32,541 nt of DNA. It comes from Diploschistes diacapsis. Taxonomy: Eukaryota. Where the stretch lies: assembly GCA_023645945.1 (NCBI GenBank), contig JALAIB010000101.1, positions 1-32,541 on the forward strand, read 5' to 3'. A model generated the notes under the pieces. The model did no database searches and had not been told where the DNA came from. It saw only the letters and a list, made by a program, of their open reading frames with translations. Shown piece by piece: positions 1 through 8,155 of the stretch (position 1 is its first letter; the number at the start of each line of letters is the position of its first letter). The position numbers were made by a program, and so were the translations under genes.

Positions 1-498
1 GGTGAAGGGGCAGGCAAGGGGAAGAGGATGCGCAGCAGGGTAGGGGAGGGAGATGGGAAGAAGGCGGGGCTGAACAAATGCCGTTTTCTGCGTGTTACAT
101 CGTTTTTGCGTGCGTAGCATACAGCAAAGTTCATTTGGATCTGTATCTAGCTCTCTATATCTAGCTCTGGTTTCTGATTCTGAGATGAAGGCATCATCGC
201 TTTTGTGATGCTCCGCTTTGCAGCAATCATGCCCTATGGCGGTATTGTACTCGGGTAGCATATAAATGAAAGACAAGATGCCAGATATGCTCATGTGCGG
301 TAACATTGTGGCAAAGTGTGATACAATCTTCACTGCTTCCTTTCCGGAGCCCATTCTCATTCTGGACATTCGTAATCCGGTAGAAGCATACAGGCTCCCG
401 TATATCAAAGATGTATCAAGTTAGTGACAGCAATTCTCCAAGTATTTCGAACGATTGTGTTCGTGCGACCATGCATTTATTCACAGAAGTCATTCGTT

Positions 499-1623
499 TC
501 AAACCTCAATCCCCGCGGCCCCAAACGCAAATTCCTCCTTCTTTGATCCAACCCACGCGTCGCTCCCGGACTCGTAGCTGCTGGTGGGCACGACTGTCTT
601 CGCCTTGATCGCAAGCCGTGGCGGCTGCGGCGCCGTAGTACGATTCAACCCATCAATCGCTGTCGTCGCCCACAGAGAGGAAAACGGCAAGAAGATGGCC
701 ACGAGCGTGAGCACAAAGGACCCGATGGCCGGAAAGTTGATGAGGTACTGGAGAGCGGAGAAGAAGGCTTCGAAAAGGTTAGTGCGAACGGCTGAATGCC
801 ACTGCCTCGGCAGAAGGTGCCGGAGGACAATGGCGAGCAGGTACCTACCGGGAATGATCAGGGTCTGGCAGCCCATGGTGAAGATTATATGCATCGAGCC
901 CCATCTCCTCAGGCCGAGTTTCCTGCGCCGATGGATAGCGTGTCCGAGCTTGGCCACGAAGACGGCCGAGAACCAGAAGATGCTGGCGGTCGTGACGAAG
1001 TTGGTGATGGCCTCGACACTGGACATGACGGTGCAGTCGTTTGTACCAAGAGTGCATTGAATATTGACGACTGCGAGGTACAGACGCCAGCCGATGTCTA
1101 CGGCGCCAATCATGGAAGAGACGCCAAGCAGGATTTGGCGGTAGATGCTCGCCAAAGTGAGGCAGACGACCTGGGTTTGAAGGATGAGTGAGAGCTGGAC
1201 CAGTATCAGGACCATCACTGTCCCAATCTCGGCAGTGATGGAGACGCCGTATGCGGAGGTGGGAACATCGTCGTAGTCAAGTGCTAGTACTGTGTAAGCT
1301 TCGGAGAAGGGACCCCCGAAGTAGAGGCAGGATAGTAGGAGGCGGAGAAAGTTGAAGAACAGGGCTGCCGCGTTAATTAGAAAGATGGGCGAGTGGCGCT
1401 TGTCAGGTTTGGTGAGGAGAGCCAGGGTGACGAGGAGAATTAGCGAGGCGCCAAGCTGAGTGGCGTACTCGATGCTGACGTAGACGCTGTAGGAATACCA
1501 GGCATCGAGGTCGGAAATGCTCAGGTTGAAGGGGGTGCCGTCTGGCATGAGTAAGGTGAAGCTCTGGTTGTAAGGGTTGGCGGGTGGCATAGGAGCTGCC
1601 ATGCTGGTGTTATCTGAGGACAT
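499..1623 (-). CDS. STE2: Alpha-factor pheromone receptor, STE2/PreB/Pre-2 family GPCR; exons 1623-849 and 767-499, about 347 aa after splicing
   Basis: The N-terminal NPYNQSFTLLMPDGTPF motif, QLGAS in TM1, KRHSPIFLIN, RRRKLGLRRWGSMHIIFTMGCQTLIIP and LVAIFLPFSSLWA are typical of fungal Ste2 receptors. There are seven hydrophobic segments and one intron (GTAGGT...CACTAAC...AAG) inside the ORF. Confidence 0.95.
   Translation of the reverse strand: MSSDNTSMAAPMPPANPYNQSFTLLMPDGTPFNLSISDLDAWYSYSVYVSIEYATQLGASLILLVTLALLTKPDKRHSPIFLINAAALFFNFLRLLLSCLYFGGPFSEAYTVLALDYDDVPTSAYGVSITAEIGTVMVLILVQLSLILQTQVVCLTLASIYRQILLGVSSMIGAVDIGWRLYLAVVNIQCTLGTNDCTVMSSVEAITNFVTTASIFWFSAVFVAKLGHAIHRRRKLGLRRWGSMHIIFTMGCQTLIIPGRYLLAIVLRHLLPRQWHSAVRTNLFEAFFSALQYLINFPAIGSFVLTLVAIFLPFSSLWATTAIDGLNRTTAPQPPRLAIKAKTVVPTSSYESGSDAWVGSKKEEFAFGAAGIEV
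768..848 (-). other. Spliceosomal intron of STE2, 81 nt, phase 1, in frame and stop-free
   Basis: Donor GTAGGT at 848, branch CACTAAC, acceptor AAG ending at 768. Removal gives TLIIPAFFSALQY, restoring a continuous TM6. Confidence 0.85.
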
Positions 1624-2149
1624 GGTGAGGTTCGCTGCTCGACAGAGAGAAAGATGTGTAAGATGATATAGATTCTGGAAGATTCTCGATCGAGATAATT
1701 AAGCTCCCTAAACGTTACCTCGATCTGGAGGATGATTCAGAGGGAATAGATCGAGGAGGGGTTTTCCTGAGGCACGATCTGAAGTGGTGAGTAAACAGGA
1801 AGAGGAGAAGGTTGAAGAATCGCACGACGAGCAGGAAGAAGATGGCATCTAGGGGTACCTGGAAAAACGGCATCTAGGCACCATAGACGAGAATAGCATG
1901 GCGGTCTCACATCGCCTGGCTGGATAATATGGTTTGCTTCTGGATAAGAATAGGAGAGTGAGAGTAAGAGATGTGAAGAAACAATATGGAATGTACATGA
2001 CCAAATATTGAGAAGACGAGGTAGCAACGATGCCATGGCCAGTCGTTGTCTTACGACGACAATATTAAGGACTTGGAAGAAATCAAAATTAGTACCGAGA
2101 CAATGACAAGATACATTTTGCCGTGGCATGCTTGATATTGTTCTGTTGT

Positions 2150-2163
2150 TGAAACCTGTTTCA
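2150..2163. promoter_or_regulatory. Inverted pair of pheromone response element (Ste12-type TGAAACA) motifs upstream of STE2
   Basis: The sequence TGAAACCTGTTTCA holds TGAAACC on plus (1 mismatch) and a perfect TGAAACA on minus, about 530 bp upstream of the receptor ATG. Confidence 0.5.
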
Positions 2164-2670
2164 CAACGGTCCGGTTTTTGGATCGCCACAGAAGAGTGAC
2201 ACTGGCAAAGGTGTGTATTTTCTTTGGCCTGGAAAGCGATATAGATGTACGATATACGATATACGTAGTACCTGGACGGTAGGTGATGATGTTCACTTTC
2301 AAACAATGTGCACGAAAAGACGGTGGCTACGGTGAGAGAAGAGCAACCAAGTAGCGCGTTCTGCCATTTACTGCCTTATCAGGCATGAAAAGAAGGGGAT
2401 GTGCTAACGATCGAGCAAGGCTAGACTGTAAGCGAGTAATTTTACCAGCTTATCACTTTATCCTACCGTTAGCGTAGAGCAAGTTATATGAGTTTCACTC
2501 CGACAAAAAACAACCATACGCTAACGATCTGACTCGGCCTGACGCTTTACACCACATGTTTAACCCATGGAAGCTCCTTCAACGCTCCGTCTAACAATGT
2601 AGGACTAAAGTATTCACCCGCTGAGGCGGGCTACTCACAGCTGTGCTACTCGAGCTTTGGAAGGTCATCA

Positions 2671-5094
2671 ATGGGCCTTCAACCAAAGTACGTACGTACA
2701 CGGAGCTCAATGCTCGTGGACCGGCCCCCAGTAGCAAACATGCAGGAAGAGACCCGGCCAGACAGCGAAAGACAGGGGCACCAGGCATCGAAGCTCACCA
2801 TATGCATGATAGACCGAAGCTTTTTGTGTTTTGAGCCACAGGCCCCAAGCCCACAACCACTTCGTGTTGATGTTTCACTCCAGACCGGACCTTCTCACTA
2901 TCCAACTGATGCCTCTTTCAAATCTTTAGAAGCTGTTGCAAACACGCCAGATGGCTCTCCCAAACACCCGGATGGCTCTCGTAATACGTCTTCAACGACT
3001 GCAGATGCATCCAAGGCCTCATATTCTCCGAAGTCTTCAGACGCTCCAAAGACCTTGGATGCTCACAAGCATTCGAACGTTCCAAAGTCGTCAAACGTTA
3101 CAAAGACATCGAATGCTCCAGAGAAAGCAGGTGCTCTAAACGATTCAAACGATGTAGAGTCTTCAGGCCCACTGAAGGGGTCAAGTGCTCTAGAGAAGTT
3201 GGACGCGTCAAGGAACTCAGACGTTCCAAAGTCCTCTGGTGCTTCAAGGTCTGCAGCTGTCCCTAAGCAGGCCAATGCTTCACCCAAAGCCTCAAGGACA
3301 CAGAAGCCAAAAGACTCGTTAAAGCCCTTTGTAAAGCAGAAACGAAAGTTGAATGTGGTATCAGAACCTGGAGTCCGGCATCCACCACCTGGAGTTCCAG
3401 GGTCACCCATTACCGAACCGTCTAAAGTCAATGAACATACAACGTTACCACTCAATGGTTTACAGGACATAGTACCATATCTTTTGCATCCCAGAAAGGC
3501 TGAAGGCTCTGAAGAGCTTGAACTACCCAAAGGGTTCGAAGTGTCGGAAGAAGCCAAATCATTTGAGGCTTATCAGAATAACCTATCTACTAAGTCTCCA
3601 CTCATTCTTATCGCGTCCAAGTCCACACGCCACAATCACGATACCACGTATACGGAATTTCTCAACTCAACGGCTGTAGCTATCAAAGATCCGCATCCAA
3701 TTAGCCCGTCGAAAACCGAATCCCAGAAAATAGCTGCAGCACCGGACAATCTGTTCAAAGCTGCTGCCAGTGTTTCAGAGTCACAGACTCAGAACGCTGT
3801 CGAACTCGCTAACGCTGGTCAGATTTTAGACGCTGCATTAGCAGATGTCATGAAGTATGACGAGGACAAGGACTTCGCTGCAAAGGAGGGCGCGACTGAG
3901 GATGCTGCGGGTAGAAAGCACCGACAACAAGATCAAAAAGGTTCTCAAACTGGTGCGAGTTCTGAAGCTTCTTCAAATGGCATGACGTTCGCGGATAAGC
4001 GAGCTACTCAAGATCCCAAGCCTAGTAGATCTCAAGAGAAGGGAGAAGGTGGTGCAGATGAAGCTGTTGCGGCTGTTCGTACCCAAAAACATACCAAGGT
4101 CGTCCAGTCTTCTAAGGAACGCGCCAGTCGTGCGGGTGAGGATCAGGCGGTTTATTCTACGCAAAGATGCATTGTCGTGGCCCAGCCCTCAGACAAGAAG
4201 CGGGCATTCCCAGATGAGGAGGACCTGAACGCCACTCCGGCTCTAATGGACTTGAAATCCTCATCTTCACCTCCAAAGCGCCAGAAGACAAAGGGGAAGA
4301 TTGCACCACGTACAAGTGGTAGCCGGAGTCCGAGCAAGCAGTCGACACTATCTGAAACATCTAGTTCAAAAGTTCAGGGCTCTCGCATGAACAAAAAATC
4401 ATCTTCTACTCATGACCGCGACAATACAAACGTCTTCTTTTCTACCTCGTCCACCTTAGGCAACCTCGGTAGCAAGTCAAAGAAGATGAAAGACTTACGA
4501 GAGCTCGGCATCAGCAGGCCCGAAGATGTGTCTAAATGCAACATCTTCTGCACCGGCCCCTCCTTCAAGAAAACCCCCAATTTTCTGCACGCCCTAGTCC
4601 TGGGCAAGCCCATCGTCACCGACGCCTGGCTCGAGGACAGCCTAAAGGCCAAGCTCCTGAAAGACCACTCAGCATATTTGGCTCGGGACGTCGTCCAGGA
4701 AAAAGAATGGGCCTGCAAGGTCCGCGAGGCGTCGGAAAAGTTCCGCAACGGCCTCAAGCTGTTTGAGGGCAAGGGCATCGCCATCACGCCAGCCCTCAAG
4801 TCCGAACTGGGAGACAACTACGGCGGCATCGTCGCGGTCGCCAGGGCTGCCGGCGCCGAGGACGTCGTGAGCAGGAGCCCGCGCACTAGGGAAGACGTCG
4901 AGGATGTCGTGTGGCTGGCCAGGGAGAAGGATCCGCTGTTGATGGACTTTCCAGAGGGGCAGAGGGTCTTTGGGAAGGACTTGATTTCGATGAGCATTCT
5001 GAGGGCGAAGCTCGATCTGGAGTCGGAGGAGTTCCGTCTGGACATTGAGGGTGTGAAGGAGCCGCCGAAGAAGGGGAGGAGGAAGAAGGCTTGA
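2671..5094 (+). CDS. BRCT-domain protein with a long Ser/Lys/Pro-rich disordered region, possibly Mdb1/MDC1-like; true N-terminus unresolved
   Basis: 807-aa ORF. The C-terminal CNIFCTGPSFKKTPNFLHALVLGKPIVTDAWLEDSLKA matches the BRCT pattern (KT.KFL.AL..G.PIV...WL..S). A second BRCT-like unit (LFEGKGIAITP) and a basic NLS-like end (PPKKGRRKKA) follow. The frame is open back to 2533, so an upstream exon is possible. Confidence 0.75.
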   Translation: MGLQPKYVRTRSSMLVDRPPVANMQEETRPDSERQGHQASKLTICMIDRSFLCFEPQAPSPQPLRVDVSLQTGPSHYPTDASFKSLEAVANTPDGSPKHPDGSRNTSSTTADASKASYSPKSSDAPKTLDAHKHSNVPKSSNVTKTSNAPEKAGALNDSNDVESSGPLKGSSALEKLDASRNSDVPKSSGASRSAAVPKQANASPKASRTQKPKDSLKPFVKQKRKLNVVSEPGVRHPPPGVPGSPITEPSKVNEHTTLPLNGLQDIVPYLLHPRKAEGSEELELPKGFEVSEEAKSFEAYQNNLSTKSPLILIASKSTRHNHDTTYTEFLNSTAVAIKDPHPISPSKTESQKIAAAPDNLFKAAASVSESQTQNAVELANAGQILDAALADVMKYDEDKDFAAKEGATEDAAGRKHRQQDQKGSQTGASSEASSNGMTFADKRATQDPKPSRSQEKGEGGADEAVAAVRTQKHTKVVQSSKERASRAGEDQAVYSTQRCIVVAQPSDKKRAFPDEEDLNATPALMDLKSSSSPPKRQKTKGKIAPRTSGSRSPSKQSTLSETSSSKVQGSRMNKKSSSTHDRDNTNVFFSTSSTLGNLGSKSKKMKDLRELGISRPEDVSKCNIFCTGPSFKKTPNFLHALVLGKPIVTDAWLEDSLKAKLLKDHSAYLARDVVQEKEWACKVREASEKFRNGLKLFEGKGIAITPALKSELGDNYGGIVAVARAAGAEDVVSRSPRTREDVEDVVWLAREKDPLLMDFPEGQRVFGKDLISMSILRAKLDLESEEFRLDIEGVKEPPKKGRRKKA
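3010..3279 (+). repeat. Degenerate coding 18-bp tandem repeat, about 15 units, hexapeptide consensus P-K-x-S-(D/N/G)-(A/V)
   Basis: Units read SKASYS PKSSDA PKTLDA HKHSNV PKSSNV TKTSNA PEKAGA LNDSND VESSGP LKGSSA LEKLDA SRNSDV PKSSGA SRSAAV PKQANA. DNA consensus is near CCA AAG TCN TCA RAC GYT. Confidence 0.75.
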
Positions 5095-5613
5095 GGGGTA
5101 GGCTAAGGGATGGAGGGGTGTTAGTCGGCTTTTTTGCTTCTACCCTGCTTTACCGTTGCTAAGTACCCCGAGCTTGTATTCGCCATAGCTTCCCGGACAG
5201 GCGGCGTTCTGATGAGCTTATGCGCTTCGATGTTACGAGAGGTCATTGCGTTATGATCGTAACTGTTTTCGTTGCTGCGGTAGCCCATTGCTAGATTTCG
5301 CTAGATCATGAGGAACCTTGCTAGTTGTTGAAAAAGGGTTCTTCGCAGCCTTCCCTGCATTCGTTCTTTAATACATAGGGTAAGCCACGACCCAAACGAT
5401 ATCTTTCCAAACGCTACAAAATCGCCACAACTTGTCCAAGCACACTTTTGCGAAACATTTCTTAAAGGTAGCCTGAACATACGCCCAAAATATCACGCTT
5501 GCCAGCCACACACCCCCGGATGCATGCATAAATTAAATTCAAGCAGCGCTCTCGCAGCACTTCCATCTCACCCCCAAAAGCAAAAACAGAGCAAAACGAC
5601 CACACATATTAGC

Positions 5614-7281
5614 TCACCAATGACAAAGCCCCCCCTCGTTCTCATCGACCCCCCACGTGCCCGCAAGACCCACGATCTCCACCACGCCATCATGATGCTC
5701 CCCGACCTTCCCGAGCTCCACGCCCTTTTTCCCCTGTCCGACACGTCCCCAGCCGTCAGCTCCGCCTCCTGCTCCCCAACCGCCGTTGATTCCCGGCGCC
5801 GCCTTATCCCCCAGCAGTCTCCTCGCCCACGCATCGATGGCTGGCTCGCCCGTCTCGTCGCGCGCCTGCTTGAGGAAGGGGATGAGCGCGGTGCCGCCCG
5901 TGCCGCGCATCTTGCTCCTCCCGCCTCTCCTTCCGTCCACCATCCCGCCATTCCCATCCCCTCTCTCGCCAGCGCCCAACGTAGTCGCCGTCGCAATGTT
6001 CCTCCGTACCGGCGCATGCGTCGGACTCAGGCCACGCTCCCCGGCGCGGTTCTCCCGGCTCTTGACGATGATGTAGCGCGACACCATGGCGATGTGCTTG
6101 TCGCGCAGGCTGCGCAGCATGGCGAGCGCAGCGTCGTATGCGAGGCTCAGGGCGCGGTCGGCGGGGCGCGAGAGCACGAAGGGCCGGATGTTGGAGGTGG
6201 CGGTGACGTCGTGCAGGAAGCGCGCGTGCGGGCCCGGCATGTAGGCGCGCATCTCGTGGATGAAGTTGTGGGAGGGGCCTTGTTGGTCGGCGGACTGAGG
6301 GACGGACGAGGGGGAAGACGAGCTGTGCGGGTTGTGGGGATGCGATGGCGGCGGCGGCGGCGGCGGCCCAGTTCCTGTGGGCCGGTGCGTGACGCCGAGG
6401 ATTATGTCGAAGAACTGGATTAGCGAGCTCTGGGCGTTGGAGCCGCCGCCGTATTGACGGTATTTTTCCGCGCCCGAGCCGTCCTGGTAGATCACGCCGT
6501 TGGGGAGCCCAGCGTCGGCCATGTTCTTAGAGCCGGCGAGGAAGGGGCGGATACGGTGGTAGAAGACGTGCGGGTCGCAGTGCTCGTACATCCTGTTCAT
6601 CAGGGTGCCGAGCTCGTCAAGACGCTCGGCGAGGAGTTGGAGGGCAGCCGTGACGGTCTCCGAGTCGCCTTCGCGGGCGGCGGAGATGGCGTTGACGAGC
6701 AAAGGAATAAGGGGGGCGCCGCGGGCCTCGATGGCGACGGAGATGAGGTAGAACCAGGATTCGTCGAGGGAGCCGGTGAAGGTGGTGAGAGTGGCGAGGT
6801 TGTCGAGTGTGTTGATGGGTTCATCGACGAAGATGGGCTTGAAATTCCAGAGGCATACCCCGGCGTAGGTGGCGACCGGGGGAAGCTCGAGGATGGAGCA
6901 AATTTTCAAAAAGGGAATGGAGATCGAAGGAGGGATTCGCTGAGCACGTGTCAGTAAGGGGGAAGCCAAGTGATGAGTCGGCGAGCTTACTTCTGCGGGT
7001 GTGTCACCGCCCCAGATGTAGCCGTGGGTGATGAAGGCTAGGAGCATGTATGCCCGCCGCCATTCTGCTGGGTGCATGAGATGTGATGTGGAGAGAATGG
7101 GCAGCTTGCGCACCACCTCCCTCAGTCTGCGACATAGCAGCAAAGCCTGCAAGTTGCCTGCTATAGCCTCCCATTGGTTGTAGTATGGGTCTGGAAGGAT
7201 CTGAAGTGGTAATTCTGATGGGAGAAAGCCATACTGCTCTGAGATGCCATAGTCCTCAAGGCGAGGCACGGGCGGCAGCAT
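5614..7281 (-). CDS. BNA2: Indoleamine 2,3-dioxygenase (IDO, Bna2 family); exons 7281-6991 and 6939-5614, about 538 aa
   Basis: Motifs include GFLP, ELPPVATYAGVCLWN, FTGSLDESWFYLISVAIE, FYHRIRPFLAGSKNM, YGGGSNAQSSLIQFFD, EMRAYMPGPH, LRDKHIAMVSRYI and RGTGGTALIPFLKQARDET. The ATG is at 7281 (MLPPVPRLEDYGIS). A 51-nt intron 6990-6940 reads GTAAGC...TACTGAC...CAG. Confidence 0.96.
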   Translation of the reverse strand: MLPPVPRLEDYGISEQYGFLPSELPLQILPDPYYNQWEAIAGNLQALLLCRRLREVVRKLPILSTSHLMHPAEWRRAYMLLAFITHGYIWGGDTPAEVSSPTHHLASPLLTRAQRIPPSISIPFLKICSILELPPVATYAGVCLWNFKPIFVDEPINTLDNLATLTTFTGSLDESWFYLISVAIEARGAPLIPLLVNAISAAREGDSETVTAALQLLAERLDELGTLMNRMYEHCDPHVFYHRIRPFLAGSKNMADAGLPNGVIYQDGSGAEKYRQYGGGSNAQSSLIQFFDIILGVTHRPTGTGPPPPPPPSHPHNPHSSSSPSSVPQSADQQGPSHNFIHEMRAYMPGPHARFLHDVTATSNIRPFVLSRPADRALSLAYDAALAMLRSLRDKHIAMVSRYIIVKSRENRAGERGLSPTHAPVRRNIATATTLGAGERGDGNGGMVDGRRGGRSKMRGTGGTALIPFLKQARDETGEPAIDAWARRLLGDKAAPGINGGWGAGGGADGWGRVGQGKKGVELGKVGEHHDGVVEIVGLAGTWGVDENEGGLCHW

Positions 7282-7820
7282 TACCGGTAACGATAGTTGG
7301 CGATATTCAGCTGATATCACTCAAGTTGTTCGAGATGAGAGTTTAGTGGTCACGTGCACCATTAGAAAAAGCGAGACTGAGCAGCAGGTGTGATCTGTGT
7401 CAAAAAAATGAAAATACGAGAAAACAAATCAGTTTAAGAGTAGTCTACTTATGAACTTGTAGAAAATGGATTGGAAGATGTGATGATTTTATGCTATCCC
7501 TGCAAGCTGGAGATGGAAGAAGTGGGCAAAGAGGAGAGAAAGTATCTACTTAGGTTATGACTCCTTGGGGAGCAAGCAGACTTTATCGGCTTATAAATAA
7601 TATAGAGCATTGTTCACTGTTGTTTCTTGTAATCACATCAAAGGTGAGAAGGGAGAGTACCCTTGGTCCCAATACAAATACACAGCATGGCGCACTGGAC
7701 TCGAACATGTTTTTTCTGCCGGATTTTCCCGCGCTGTTCATCCAGAAGAGACTAAAGACAAACTTCTGGGGGGGCCCAAGCTGAAATATCTACTTGGATA
7801 CACTACAACGAGATCAGATA

Positions 7821-7852
7821 CCTGCCTGCCTACCTACCTACCTACCTACCTA
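7821..7852. repeat. Microsatellite (CCTG)2(CCTA)6
   Basis: Read directly between the UTP21 3' end and the IDO promoter. Confidence 0.9.
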
Positions 7853-8155
7853 CTGTAGTATCTTATGCCTATGGGGTACCTGCTACCCAGTAATCGAGCA
7901 TCCTGCTGAACCAAACGCAGAGCAGACCCTGCATCTTTAGCTTCGAATTGCGCTGTTCTAGAATAAAACATCCGTCCGAGACAATTCGTCCGTGCATTTG
8001 AAGCGAAGGGCAGACAAGGCTTCCGTTAAGGTAGATACTAGCTGGCCTCTTAATGGTGGTGGTGAAAGTGATGCTAGCGGTTGTACTTCCACAGTGGTGA
8101 ATATTGGTCCCAAGGTTTTTGCGCTGTTACTGTATCTGACCACAGCTGTAAGGTT

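Noticed and set aside
1..119. G-rich stretch resembling the 3' end of a plus-strand gene entering the window
   Set aside because: Too short to choose a frame or product; plausible but not supportable.
1737..2306. 189-aa minus-strand ORF upstream of STE2
   Set aside because: TTG start and no protein-like features; lies in the receptor's leader/promoter.
5524..6957. Plus-strand ORFs of 299 and 167 aa
   Set aside because: Antisense shadows of the GC3-rich IDO gene.
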